From Cycas panzhihuaensis (lineage: Eukaryota; Plantae; Cycadophyta), in contig CM041465.1 in the NCBI GenBank assembly GCA_023213395.1, positions 225,563,741 through 225,627,740 on the forward strand: a DNA stretch of 64,000 nucleotides, read 5' to 3'. Shown piece after piece: positions 39,801 through 53,621 of the stretch. The position numbers and the translations under genes are program-made. The notes under the pieces were generated by a model, which made no database searches, was not told where the DNA came from, and saw only the letters and a program-made list of their open reading frames with translations. Position 1 is the stretch's first letter. Each line of letters opens with the position of its first letter.

Positions 39801-42582
39801 ATACAACAACTTATGCATTAGGACTAGATGGCAAAACAGTAATAGGGGAAAAGCTAAAAACATAGGAGATTAATATCGAGACAGAGGAATAGCCATGAAT
39901 GATTATTGTAGGCAATTATTAGAAGGATGAAATGGTGCAGCAAGCAACTGCACTATTTTTGGAATTTAAAGATGTCTTTGCCTGGTCTTATAAAGACCTA
40001 AAAGGTATTCCACCCAAGTTAGGAGAACATAAAATTGAATTGATGGAATGAGCAAAACTGGTGAGGCAAAGACCATATCATATAAATCCTAAGTGTAAGA
40101 ATGAGTTAAGGCCAAATTAGATAAATTGTTGGAAGTAGATTATATTTTTGAAGTAGAAAATAGTGAATGGGTGAGTCCTATAGTGGTAGTCCAAAAAAAA
40201 AAAGGGAAATTGAGAGTTTGTATTGATTACAAAGCCTTGAATATGGCCACCAAGAAGGACCTGTTTCTAATCCCTTTCAGAGAGGATATTTTAGAAAATG
40301 TTGTAGGACATGAGATATACTCATTCACTAATGGATTTAGCAGATACAATCAGGTCCAAATCGTACTTGAGGATCAATTGAAGACAACCTTCATCACAGA
40401 ATAGGGTACATATGCATTTCGAGTAATGCCCTTCTGGCTTATAAATGCTCTAGAAATATTCCAAACAATCATTCTTAACATTGTTAAACAAACAATAGGG
40501 AAAATAATTGAAGTATTTTTGGATGACTGGACATTATTCACTTTATTAAAAATCATTTGGAATGTTTACAGTCAATGCTGGAAACTTGTAAGAAAAAAAA
40601 TCTTTGCTTGAGCCCTGTGAAATGCACTTTTATAGTTCCATTTAGAACCTTGTTAGGACATGTAGTAACAAAAGAAGGATTATTAACAGATCCAAATAAG
40701 GCTACAATAATTTTAAATTTTCTAGTGCCAAAAACTCTGAAGCAAGTGAAAGCATTCTTAGGAATAACAGGGTATTATCATAAATTTATAAAGGATTATA
40801 CTCAGATAGCAAACCCTTTGGAAATTTTATTTAAAACGAAGATAGAATTGTAATGGCACCTTCAACAGCAATTGGCATTTGAATTAATAAAGAAAAAGAG
40901 AGCTCAAGTGCCAATCTTAAGGTTTACAGATTGGGATAAACCATTTTACGTACATGTAGATACTTTTTTATTTACAATTGGGTGTGTATTGACATAGCTA
41001 GAAGATGATAATATTGATTTACCCATTTATTTTATGAACCAGAAATTGATAGATGTTGAAAAGAACTATTCAGTAACCAAATGAGGAGGATTGGGCATGA
41101 TGTATGCTCTCCAGAAATTTAGGCATTATTTGTTAGCTAATCTATTTATTTTTTTTGTTGATCACCATGTGCTTCAATATTTAATTAATAAGCCTATTAT
41201 CTAAGGAAGAATTAGTAGATGGCTCATGTTGTTTCAAGAATTTAACTTTAAGATTATTGTGAAAAAATGAGCTAAACAGACAATCCCATATGTACTATCA
41301 AGAGAAGTGGATGGGGAACCAGTAATAGGTATTCAAGATGATTTTCTAGACATAGAATTGTTTGCTATTCAAGCAGTACCTAAGTGGTATGAGGGTATCA
41401 CATGATTTTGTTAATAGGACAAACACTGGTAGGGATGGAGCGTGTTGAATAATAAAGTTTCATTAAAAAGACCTTTCCCTTTCAACTAATTTAAGGAATG
41501 CTGTATAGAATGGGACCTAATCAAATTTTAAGAAATGAGATACGAAGTAGAGGCTATTATCAGAGAAGCCCACGAAGGAGTCACAATAAAACATCAAGGC
41601 GTATAATCTACGAGTAGAAAAATTCTACTAGTAGGTTTATGGTGGCCTACAATATTTAAAGATGTACAGAAGTGGGTGTAGAGTTGTGATGTATGTCAAT
41701 GGGTTAGGAAGCCAACGAGGAACCATTTAATACCTTTCTGTCCTATATTAGCTCAAGTGCCATTTGAAAAATGGGGATTAGACTTTATTAGACCAATTAG
41801 CCTACCAACTCGATGCACAAATGTAAGATACATCTTGGTTGCCATAGATTGTCTAACAAAATGGACATAGGCCAAAGTAATGAAAATATGCAATGCGCAA
41901 AGTACTGCTAGGTTTCTTTATAAAATGATAATTATTCAATTCAGTTATCCATTGGAGATTATTTCAAATGATGTAGGAATTCTTGGTTCAATATTCCAAG
42001 TCTTCTCGATATTACCCAAGATTGAATGGCCAGGTAGAAAGCATAAATAAAATTCTAAAGCTAGATTTATCAAAAATTTACAACTAAGGATGTACAGTAG
42101 GCATAGTATCTCTATTCAGTTTTATGGGCAGATAGGACAATAGTAAAGCAACCACATAAGCAAACTCCATTTCGATTAGTTTATGGTTTAGAAGCTATAC
42201 TCGCCTTGGAATTTTAGATAAAAAGTTTAAGGATGGTATCAGAATTGTGGCTATCAAAAGTTGATTTGTGAGAGTAATGGTACATTATCCTGATGAAGCT
42301 GGACGAAAAATGGGCAAGAGCTTGGTGGGAATTGAAAGCAGAGAAGATGGGAAGAAAGGCATGGTATGATTAACACCTTAAGGTTCCACAGTTCCAGGAA
42401 GGAGATCTTATTTTGCTTTATGATAGTAAATTTTAAATTAAACCAGGCAAATTGAAGTTAAGATGGCTCGGCCCATACATGGTAAATCATATTTAGACAA
42501 ATGGAGTAGTGTGACTCCAACAACTCAATGGAACATTGTTTAAAAAATTAGTCAACAGAAGTAGACTGAAAAGGTATATTAC
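36854..42582 (+). pseudogene. Gypsy C gag-pol (gag-PR-RT-RH-INT)
   Basis: FDGTIDAGDHL (gag), TIVDKGLGVNVLP (PR), WVSPIVVVQKKKGKLRVCIDYKALN and FLDD (RT), FRHYLL (RH), FEKWGLDF and WLGPY (INT). Confidence 0.93.
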
Positions 42583-42604
42583 AAAAAAAAAAAAAAAAAA
42601 AAAA
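42583..42604 (+). repeat. Poly(A) tract at the end of C pol
   Basis: About 22 A directly after the last pol codons. Confidence 0.9.
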
Positions 42605-42711
42605 GAGCACAAGAACCATAAGAACATAATTCCTTTATGACCGTCATCATGGAAGTAGTTAGTTGCAAGAAAGGTGTAATCTCGAAATTAGGAAATTAGA
42701 TTGCAATTTGA

Positions 42712-43400
42712 AAAGTTACAACTAAGAAGCAAAATTACAACTAGGAAGCAAAGTTACAACTAGGATGCAAAGTTACAACTCTGAAGCAAAGTTGCAACTA
42801 AGATGTAAAGTTATAACTAGGATGCAAAGTTACAACTCAAACAGAAAGTTACAACTAGGATACAAAGTTATAACTCGGAAGTAAAGTTGTAACCAGGATA
42901 CAAAGTTACAACTCAAATACAAAGTTGTAACTAGGAAGCAAAGTTGCAACTAAGATGCAAAGTTGCAACTAGGATGCAAAGTTACAATTTGGACATAAAG
43001 TTGCAACTTAGAAATAAAGATTACAACTCAGATGGAAAGTTGTAACTCAGAAGTAAAGTTACAACTAGGATATAAAGTTACAACTTAGATGCAAAGCTAC
43101 AACTAGAACATGAAGTCGCAACTCAGAGGCAAAGGTGCTGCATGAATGTAAAGTTTCCATGAGAATGCGAAGTCACAACTTAAATGAAAATCTGCAACTT
43201 GATGTGAAGTTCCAATATGAACATAAACTTCCAATTTGGATGTAAAGTTATAACTAGAATAAGAGATTATAACTCAGACGGAAAGCAGTAACTTGGATAT
43301 AAAGCTGTGATCTAAAAGTCATAACCTGTTAATACAATGCAACTAGAGGCAGACTTGTAAACTTAAGGTAGGGCTGCAATAGGGAAGTAAAATTGTAATT
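42712..43400. repeat. 19-bp tandem array, consensus AAGTTRCAACTAGGATGCA
   Basis: Roughly 22 well-phased units from 42712 to ~43130, degenerating towards ~43400. Confidence 0.93.
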
Positions 43401-43814
43401 CAAGATTAATTTGGAATCATCGCTTAAAGGCAAAAGGGGCAGGAAGAAGCAAAATCAGGAAGAATAATAATCACAAATGGAATGATGAAATAGTAAATGG
43501 GAAATAGACCATCAGAGTATTGTAATTTGAATAGAAGGTCATATTAATTTGATGTGCATGAAATTAGAAAGAATCGTGAGAAAGATAAGTATTAATAGTG
43601 ATGGTGGCGAAGTAGTGAAAAAAAAAATAACGATAATTAGCCGACACATGTACCAAATTAAATCAAGTGTGATGAAGATGACAAGTAGCTAACATGCATT
43701 GAATTAATGTAATGGAGGTACATCAGGAGTTGTAACTGAGTAATTGCAACCATGAAGACAATCATGATGGTTTTGCATGGTATGGCAGAATTTAAATAAC
43801 AAAATTGAGATAGA

Positions 43815-45550
43815 ACCAATGCAGCTTTTAAAGATGAAGGGTTTGGTGACAAAAGGAATTCCAAAGATTAATAGAATGGCACAGATACATATCAACTTAC
43901 ACGAAGGTAATGACGATAAGATTAGGCATGAATGGTGGGATATGCTAAATGATGACCAAAGGAAGGTAATTTTGACAAAAGTAGGATTTTCTCAATATGT
44001 GTAGGTTGAACTATTTCCACCTACAACTCATTTCTTGACAGACATGATCCAACTGATAGCCCAATAACCAAACATTTTAGATACATCAACCTAAGCAATT
44101 GTGGATATTTTAGGTTTAGCTGAGATAGGTAGAATGGTACCCAGGGATAAGAGAATTCCTTGGGAGAAGGCATCAGAGGAATTAGGTGCCTAGGTTATAG
44201 ATGTATCCACCTTAGGAATTCAGATTGCTGGCATCGCAGATAGATTGACATGTTGGGTAGTATATTTTTTATTCACAAGAGTAATATTGAACAAAAAAAA
44301 AGTTTGTACCCACAGAAATGAGGATAACTTTCTTGCAGGTAGCATGTAGAGTAAGGTTTAATTAGGCAGTGTTTCTTAGAGGGAAGATTCTAGAAAAACT
44401 GGCCAATATTAAAATGAAATCTTAATCAACTATATTTTATCATTAGAGCTTGTTTCAAGCCTTATCATACTCTTAGTGTCTAATGATTACACTGCCAGAT
44501 AGGAAGCAAGCAGAGGCAATAATGATGACCTGGATAATTCATTTCAAGTATAAAGGGGAGACATGGTGAAGAGAGTTACAGGAAAAAGTAAAGGATTTTT
44601 TCTCGCAAAAAGCTTAGGCAGGAATTCCTTAGAAGACACTAATAGAAGATAAAGGTAAGAAGTGATAGTGGGAAGAGATGACCCTGCAGAAGAAGGAAGA
44701 GGAGGAAAAAAGGAGCAGAAAAAAGGAGAAATTAGAAAAGGGAAATAAAAAATGAGAAGTGTGTTAGTGAAGGAGGAAGTCCTAAGGCAACAACCAGCTG
44801 AGTAAGCTAAGAAAATTCATAATACTGAAGAATTAGTGACAGAGGAGAAAGATAGCTACAGAAAAGGTAAAGAAGGAAATATTGAATAGTTAACCAACCG
44901 AGGTCAACTTTGACTTTAACAATGAAGAACTAATAGAAGAAGGAATTGACCCAATGGAGTGTCAACCACATAATGTGGCACATTTGAAAGTTTCATTTCT
45001 GGCAAAAGTTATCTGGTACCTGGTGACTAAATTGGAGATAAGGAATAAGAGAACCCCTTTGGATATGCAGAGAATTTAAAAGATAGAAGACCAGTTAGTA
45101 GCTTGCAAAGTGAAACTAGATTTTTTAATGAAGTTCATCATGTATTGGGTGGGTGACACCTATTGAGTGGAGCATTTGGTACCAGCCTTCAATGCCTTGT
45201 TTGGAGAACAAATTCCACCTCACTTGGAGAAGGTAATTCAGAAGTTGAGTGCTTGGATTATGTATATTCGGGAGGATGCAGAGCATGTAAACCACTTCTG
45301 GTTTATGATCAAATCCATGTGAGAGGATATACTCTCTGTGGAGACACGGAAGCATGAGTTGGAGGAAGAAATTAAACAAATGCATTCTGGAGAGAAGTTG
45401 ATAATAGCTCATTTACAAGCATTGCATAATATAGTAATCTTATATGACCATTATAAGAAATAAGGAATAACTCCACCTTGTATAGTATATAGACCTGATT
45501 TGCAGAAAATTTAAGTTAAAATGGAGAGGATTAAAAAGGATAGAGAAGGT
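43815..45550 (+). pseudogene. Extra sense ORF of Gypsy C (homolog of the B extra ORF), decayed
   Basis: IHINLHEGNDDKIRHEWWDMLNDDQRKVILTKVGFSQYV matches B IHINFQETDDDQIKNEWTNMPDSDGKKKIVKARFSKYV; AIVDILGLAEIGRMVPRDK; K/E-rich middle. Confidence 0.78.
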
Positions 45551-45990
45551 TGAATAGCTACGTTTTCTTCATTCTTTCTTATAATGTGACCTCACAAGTA
45601 ATAATACTTATAAGTTTTGTGAAGGGAGAGATGTGTGAAGGTAGTTAAGTTGTAACCTTTTGTTATATCTATAGTGATTGCAGCTAACTCAGATCATAGT
45701 AGGTATAAATATTAGGAGGAAAGGATGTAAAAGATAGTAGTTATTTTTGACAAATGGTCATGGCCATTAGATGCTACCATACGTAAGGAGGTCTGCCATA
45801 ATTATGTATTGTTGTAAGCCATTATGTGTGTACTTTTATAGGTTAGCTCTGGTTGTGAGAGAACTAGAGCAACCCATCATAATGTAATGACTATGGTTTT
45901 TGTTCTCCCATATATTGTTGCGCAATAATGAATGTTACAACTATTTGATTATTGTGCTTGTTCCATATGTGATTCTAGATACTGCACATA

Positions 45991-46384
45991 ATGAGCTCTT
46001 ACAATATTTCAGAATGAGTGATTACAAACTTTTGCCTATACTTATAAAAACCAGAACTAAACTAACTTTGGATGAATAAAGCAAACCTGCCAATCCCACT
46101 CTTTACAGATAACTTATGGGGAGTTTGGTTTACCTTACTCATAATTGCCCTGATATCTCATATATAGTTGAGATTTGTTCAAGGTTTATGTCTTAGCCTA
46201 AGATGTCACATTGGAATGCTACAATTAGAATTCTTTAATATATTCACGACACCTTATAGTATGACTTAACTACAACCAAGTTGAAACTCTTGTTCTAGAA
46301 GGATTCATTGATGCAAATTGTATTGGTGGCTAGGATACCCACCACTTTACTCTATATTACTTTTTTGACCTAAACTTAGCTATT
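45991..46384 (+). pseudogene. Copia A RT C-terminal part
   Basis: ELLQYFRM...LMGSLVYLTHNCPDISYIV continues the frame broken by C. Confidence 0.85.
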
Positions 46385-49300
46385 TATTAAATACTTTAAG
46401 ATCTAATAAATCATGCGCTCTGATCAATATATTAAGCAAAATAATTAAACTATGTAATAAAATAAGTGATATATATAAGAACAACTCAACTGAATAAAGT
46501 ACATGTGAATTTGTCACCACGTAGAACTCTATTTGGGCAAAGCTTCTGCATTAGTCATAATCCAATGTATAATAAAATGGTGTGGGGCTTAATTTATAAG
46601 CAACTCATTATTTTTTTGAGAGATACAATAGGCCAACTAAGCAGCAATGAGATAAACTTGACTAGTTTATATAATAATATTAAATCACGATAAAGGGTCA
46701 TCTTAACATTACATAATATACATAAATTACATGAAATATAAGAAATAATGGGTACTATTATATGGTTTTAACACCCTCCCTTAATAGTAGCTTCATTTCT
46801 TCTAATGTCAAGGTTGTGTCTAAACCATTCAAACTTCAATTTACCAAGTGCTTTGGTGAAGATGTCTATAACGTAGTTTTCAGTTGGATGGTAGATGAGA
46901 TCAACTTCTCTGTTCTAGAAATGCTCATAGATAAAGTGGTGATGGACCTTAATGTGCTTGGTTCTAGCATGGAATACATGATTCTTCATCATTTTCAACA
47001 CATTTTAATAATCATAATAAAAGACAGTTGTGTATATTGTTATAGTCCAAGTTCGATGAGAATCTTTCTAATCCAAATCAACTTGGTTATAGCATGGATA
47101 ACTACTTTGTATTCTACTTTAGTGGAGGAAAGGATAATATTTGGCTACTTCTTATAACTCCACAAGACTACAATTGAGTTCATATCAAAGCAATAACCTA
47201 ATGTTGAGTGGCAACATGCCTAATTGACATCTGTATGTCCCTTCAAGATAAGGGAGTTAGTTTGGTTGTATTCAAGGCCAAACTCATGTGTGCTATGGAT
47301 ATATTTGAGAATCCTGGTAGCAACTTTTTAATGGGATGCTTTTGGTTATAACATATACCTGGAGTAGATCCCTTCTACATATAAGATATCCAGATGAGTA
47401 TATATGAGATAAATGAGCCTCTTTACTAACTACCAATACAAAGTAGGATCAAAAGGCTTTCCTTGTTCATCAAAGTTTGGCTTAGTTCCTGTCTCCATAG
47501 GAATTGATGTTGGCTTGCATTTTATCATCATGAATCTTTCTAAGAGCTCATTGGTATACTTTATTTAAGTGAAGATGTGTCTTGATTTTTACCAAACTTT
47601 AATTCTAAGGAAGTAGTGGAGGAACCCAAGATCTATTATCTCAAAGTTGCTTTTTAATTTTGATTAAAGCCAAGCAATGCCATCTATGTCATTGCCAATG
47701 ATCACAAGATCGTCCATATAGAGAATAATGATTATGATCAAATGATCTCTAACCCAAATGTAGAGGTTAGGTTTAGAAGGTGAACAATTGAATCCATACT
47801 CATTAAGAAAAGTATCAATATTTGCATACCAGGTATGTGATGCCTATTTGAGTCTATAAAGGACTTTCTTAAGCCTGTATATTACATGTTCTTATCCTAG
47901 AACAATATAGCTAGGGGATTATTTCAAGAAAACCTCTTCTTGGAGCTCTCCATTGAGGAAAGCACTCTTCACATCCATTTAGTAAATATACCATCTGAAC
48001 TAGGCTATTAAGGACACCACTAAATAGAATGTCGTCATGTTGGTGACTGATGCAAAGGTCTCATCATAATCAATCCCCTCTTGTTGGTTGAAATCTCTTA
48101 CTATAAGGTGAGCTTTATGATGCTCTATGGTGTCATCTGCATAAAATTTTATCTTGTATATCTATCTATAATCAATTACTTTCTTTCTAGATGATAATTC
48201 AATAAGCTCCCAAGTGTCAATTTTAATGATAGAATTTATTTCTTTATCCATAGCTACTTTCCATGTTTGGTCTTTGACTGTCTTCTCAAATATGAAAGGC
48301 TCAAGTGTTTCAATGACACATGCCATTAAGGTAAAATTTGTAGAGTGTCTTATTTTAAAAAGCCTTTTTATAGCTTTGGGAGGAGGAGGAGCATCCTTTA
48401 AGAGCTATTGTACCCACTTAGAAGGTGGTTGAATGCTAATGGCTTCTACTTAAAGGTCATTAACTAAAATTGGAAGCAAGGTTATGTTTACTTAAGTTGT
48501 TGATGTAGATGCTGCTAGAATCAATGAAGCACTTGAAGTGTAGAATGAGGTTGGTACTGGTGGCCCTAGAATTTCTCTAAGAGTCACTTGAGATGTACTA
48601 ACTTCTCATGCTATTACAATCTGAGGTTAAGGTAGAGATAAGTCCTGTGAATCTTCTATAAATATTACATTCTGTGTGGTGTAAACTTGGTTTCCAACTG
48701 TGTTAAATACTTTATAGGCTTTGCAACTAGTACATAACTAAGGAAGATACATTTCAAGCTTTTGTCATTAAGTTTCTTTCTATTGTCCTTTAGAACATGT
48801 TTATATGATATGCATCCAAAGATCTTTAAGTGTGTTACTGATGGTTTCAGACTTGACCAAGCTTTTTTAGGAGTAATAGTCCTAATCGTAACTATGGGAC
48901 TTATGTTGGTTAGGTATGCAGTTGTGGCTATGGCATCAACCCAAAATCTAGTGGTAAGATTTGCAGCACTAAGCATGGATTTTCCTTTATTTATCAATGT
49001 CTAATTTATTCTTTCAGCTACACCATTTTGTTGAGGTGTGTGGGGAGTTAAAAATTGATGTTAGATTCCATATTCCTTATAAAAAATGTCGAATTGATTA
49101 GAAATATACTCACCACAATTATCATATCTAAGGGTCTTGATTGTCATTCTACTTTCATTTTCTATAACAACTTTTAACTTTTTAAATTTATTTAAGGCTT
49201 GATACTTATTTATCAAGAAACATGCCTATATTTTTCTTGAGAAGTCATCTACGAATGCGATGAAATACTAACTTCCATTGAGTGATTGGTTGGGCATGGG

Positions 49301-52300
49301 CCTACAAATATCTGAGTGGACCAACTCTAATGGTGCTAAAGCTCTCTATGGATTCTTGGAAGGAAATTTTTCTCTTTGTTGCTTTCCCTTTAGGCAAGTC
49401 TCACATATGTTGTTGTATCTCTTAATTTTAAGTAAACCATGTACCATTTGAAGCCTAGACATGAAGTTTAAGCTTTGTATATTTAAATGACCTAGGTGTT
49501 GATGCCATAGTTGGTCTTTACAACTATTTGAGGTGATAATATCAGTTGAATATGAGCATTCACCTAGTTCTTATATGCAAGGGGAATCTTCATTAATTAC
49601 ATCCTCCCCCTTATCAATTTGAGCTGTGTTAGCCATTGTCTAGGATTTATTTTGTGGAGTAGTGGTAAGAGGGACACCATCTAGCCTATATAAGCTACCA
49701 TCTTCATGTTCTATGGCCACAAGTTTGCCTATTACATGATCTGTAATTCTATAAATATCCTAGCTAAAGAGGACATCTAAATTTTACTTGTCCATTTGGC
49801 TAATAAAGAGCAGGTTCATCTTCATTCTAGGTACCAAGAACACATTGTTGATGTGGTGCCTAATGTTGGAGTCCTTCAATGCTATTAGAGCCCTACCAAT
49901 TTTGGTCATATCATAAGTCAAATTATCCCCGAATATGATAGTTTGAGTATTGATTGGGTGGATCTCTTTTAATATATTTTATGAACTAGTCATGTATCTT
50001 GTTGTACTTGAGTTAAGGAGCTAAGTGTTCTCATCAAGTTGAGAAGAAAGTACTATAAAGAATAGGTTATAAGAGGAGGAGTCATGATTATCTACCCCAT
50101 TACCTCGTTGTTATTTATTGTTCTACTAGTTCCTTTAATTTTTGTCAGGAAACTGCTACATGTTCTGAGGTCTTTGTCATTGAGTGGGTCTAGGATTCTA
50201 ATTCTATTAGTAGAATTGGCCTTATGGTTGGAATAATGGCCCTCCTTGTGGATGGTAAGGGCCTCCTTTCTATTGAATAGGGCCTCCTTGTTAGAAATAG
50301 AGACCTCCTTATTGTGGAAAAGGGGCTCCTTATAGAGGGCATGGTTTTCCTTATTGATATCCTTGTCTCTGTTAAGGATAATTAGAATCTCCTTGTTGAT
50401 ATGAGGGTGCTCTTTATTAGTAGATTGGGGCTAGTTGTTAATAATATAACCCATATGATTGGCTCTCTTGGTTATGAAAGAGTTATAAATCAACTTGTCA
50501 TCTTCTGCATTCAATATTTTGATGTGTAGTTTTTCCATAGTAGAGATAAGTGATATTTGGTCTACCCTACTAGTTCTTTTAAGGTTATACCTATGGTTGG
50601 TACTAAGATTGTTGAGGCTACTAATTTAGACAGGAGGAGGAGATGCCAACTAGTTGTTACTATTGTTGAATTGGCTACTGATGTGGCCCTTAAGATATGG
50701 TAAGAGAGTTTAGTTATTGATCTAGATCTTGTTGTTGATTAAGTTATTGAGTTGCTTTATTGATAGTCTTGCCATTTTCTGAATTATGGGTTACAAAGAT
50801 AAGAGCTGAGTTAGATGTAGGTGTTACCCCGAGTTGGTTAAGTATGTTCTCCTCTTATAATAAGAGCCCCTCAAAGGTTATGAAGTTTATTTTGGAATAA
50901 TTATCATGTAATTTAGAGATAAATGAGTTATATTCTATGGGAATGATGTTTATAATACTAGATATTAAATTATAGTATGAAGATAGTTCACCAAGGATTA
51001 TAAGTTGGTTCCTAATTGTTTTAACTTCGATCAAGTGGTTTATAATATTTCCAACAAAAAACATTACAAAAAAGTGAGCTTTAAGGGTTAGTGATCTAGA
51101 TTTATCCTTTCTCTCATAGAAGGCATAAAGTATGGTCTTGAATATTTTGGTCCACTCAGTCTTCGATAACCAAGTGGAGGAAGGATAGGGTAATATTGTC
51201 ATTAGCTTTGAAGTTAGTTAAGGCTATGAGATTAAGTGGAATTATTATAGTAGGATCATCGGGATCTTTTGTTAGCATAGGAAGGGGTATGTTCCCATTG
51301 ACATAGGCCCAAAATTCATTCATTACAAATAAGCTTTTAACTTATTTTCTCCATGGTGTAAAGTTGTTAATACCATTTAGTTTAATGTTATTGGAAGGTA
51401 GCATTTGTGATGCCATGATTCTAAACTTTTTTTTGTTTTATTTTCATGTCTTTTAAAGGTTGTGTAATTGGGTACTAATCTATCTATGAGGCTATAAAAC
51501 TAGAATTCTAAAATTTAAGGGTCTTCAAAAAAGTTCTAAGTTACTATCCCATCTAGTAGCGCCTACCTATAAGTGGTAAACTAGGGATTCTCTATATCAA
51601 TATATGACCTCAAAGGCTTGATATACCTTAGTATGTAGTTATAAAAAATGTCTAGGACCCTCCTTGATTTATTTTCCTATGTGCACTAGACTTATACCTG
51701 ACGACAGATCTGGCGGTGAGAATTTATATAACCAAGGCACTCACCCCCTTTAGGTCTAACTTGGTCTCCAAACTTTAAACGGTAAGGGTCTACACCTCAG
51801 TTTATCACCTAATACATCTTATAACTAATGGTTTTCTTAACAAATTAGAGTACACTAATGATGTGTATAGGGTGGTAACTTCAAGAGTCATAATCATTCC
51901 CCTTATAAGGTTAGACATTGGAGATTTAATTTGAAAATTATCTTTTAATATAAAAGATTACTTTTATGGTAAAATTTTTACAAGCACAAGGTTCCTTTTA
52001 TGTAAAAAACTAAAATAAATATGAAAATAAAGTAAATAAAAAAGTAAAGGTAGATTTAGAGTGCTTTTTGATGGGTCAAGCTTAAGAGAGAATTATGTTA
52101 ACCTTCTAAGAGCAACACCTACATAAGAAACAACACGATGCACTTATTAGCCTTTAAAAAAATAGAATTAGATAGCTTAACAAATATTATCTACATCCTA
52201 AAGTAACATAAGAACTTTAAAGAAACTAAAATAAGTCTTTAAAATTTGAGAAGCAATAATTAATATTGCACTAATAAAACACTAAATCAAAGAACAAATG

Positions 52301-52700
52301 GCTTTGATACCACATTATATATTTCAAGATTTAAGAAATCATGTGCTTTGATTAATATATTAAGTAAAATAATTAAACTATGCAATAAAACAAGAGATAT
52401 ATGCAAGAACCACTTAAATGAATAAAGTACAAGTGAATGTCACCATGTAGAGCTCTATTTGGGTAGAGCTTTTACATTAATCACAATCCAATGTATAATA
52501 CAATGGTGCATGGCTTAATTTATAGGCAACCTGCCAATATTTTGAGAGATACAATAGGCCAACTAATCAACAAATCAGGTGAACCCAATCAATTTATATA
52601 ATAACATTAAATTACAATAAAGGGTTGCCCTAACATTACACAATATATGTAAATTATATGAAATATAAGAAATAATAGGTGTTATTACATGGTTTTAACA
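46385..52700 (-). mobile_element. Copia LTR retrotransposon G (related to A), complete but decayed
   Basis: LTRs at 46385-46773 and 52313-52700; perfect TSD CTATT; PBS TGGTATCAAAGC (52301-52312); PPT AAGGGAGGG (46774-46782). Confidence 0.94.
46790..51416 (-). pseudogene. Copia G gag-pol
   Basis: VMNEFWAYVNGNIP (gag), LELVHSDICRP (INT), FWVDAIATTAYLTN, KPSVTHLKIFGC, LYMDDLVI (RT), VIDIFTKALG (RH). Confidence 0.92.
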
Positions 52701-53107
52701 CTATTACTTCTTAGAATTGTAAGAAACAACCTAATGTTACTTTATCGTCCACAGAAATAGAATATAAAGAAATTATTTATGCAACTATTAAAGTGATCTA
52801 GCTACATAAGATTCTTATTGAAATTGGTCTTTAATAAACTCAAGCTACTCTCATGTACTATGACAATCAAAGTGTATTGAAGATGACAAAGAATCTTGTT
52901 TTTTATGCAAGAACAAATCACATAATGGTCTATCATCATTTCATCCGTGAACATGTTCAAGATAAAGAAATTGATCTTGTATACAAATTGACTAAAGATC
53001 AAGTTGCAGATATCTTTACCAAAGTACTTGGCAAATCAAAGTTTGAAAGGTTTTGGCACAACCTCAATGTTAAGATTAATGAAGTTGTCATTAAGAGAGG
53101 ATGTTAA
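52701..53107 (+). pseudogene. Copia A RNase H
   Basis: KKQPNVTLSSTEIEY, YYDNQSVL...RTNHI..YHHFIRE...DQVADIFTK. Confidence 0.93.
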
Positions 53108-53621
53108 AATAATGACTCCTTCATGTACTCTTTTGTAAAGTTAGTCATATTACTCAAATAAAGTGCAATTGTAACTCAAGTAATGACTTAAAGTTATAAT
53201 TCTTAGTTGAGGGTCATCACCCTATTTTAAGCCTCATAATTGACTAATAAGACTTATGTAATATGAGGTCTAATTAGGTAAAAGTATGTGAGGTCCAATC
53301 CACATCTAACTATTGTAAAGTAATAGATATCAAGCTCTCTATAAATTAATGCCATACTTACACTCATAAAAAAAAGGTGAGAATGTTTTTTATGAGAGTC
53401 TAAACCATACTAGAGTTCTATATTGGTCATTAATTGATTTGATCTATTTATTCTTATGGATTAGAGTTAATTTCTAATCATATATTCATATCATATCTTG
53501 TGCTTATTTAATATGTGCTTGATATGCTTTGTTTATTGATGAGTTTATTACATGCTAGTTAAGAGAATAAAGACCCTGTTAAAGTTATTTTTTATTAGTT
53601 AGATTAATTCTAACTCCATCA
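53102..53621 (+). repeat. 3' LTR of Copia A
   Basis: TG...CA; preceded by the PPT; matches 8907-9409. Confidence 0.93.

Larger units (their letters stand above)
36402..45990 (+). mobile_element. Gypsy LTR retrotransposon C (relative of B), structurally complete but decayed, with an extra 3' ORF
   Basis: LTRs at 36402-36760 and 45632-45990; perfect TSD ATGAG; PBS TGGTTTTGTTGC at 36762-36773; PPT GAAGGGAGAGA at 45621-45631. Confidence 0.95.
8907..53621 (+). mobile_element. Ty1/Copia LTR retrotransposon A, expanded to ~44.7 kb by nested insertions
   Basis: Homologous LTRs at 8907-9409 and 53102-53621; PBS TGGTATGAGAGC at 9412-9423; PPT AAGAGAGGA before 53102; TSD TTCTA/TTCTG; Copia domain order gag-PR-INT-RT-RH rejoins across each insertion. 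Confidence 0.92.

Noticed and set aside
42583-42604. Poly(A) as the tail of a separate retroposon
   Set aside because: No TSD, and the upstream sequence is continuous integrase.
42712-43400. CRISPR-like array (palindromic repeats)
   Set aside because: The 19-bp units are head-to-tail with short, related spacers; there are no unique 25-40-bp spacers and no cas genes, and the context is a eukaryotic retroelement.
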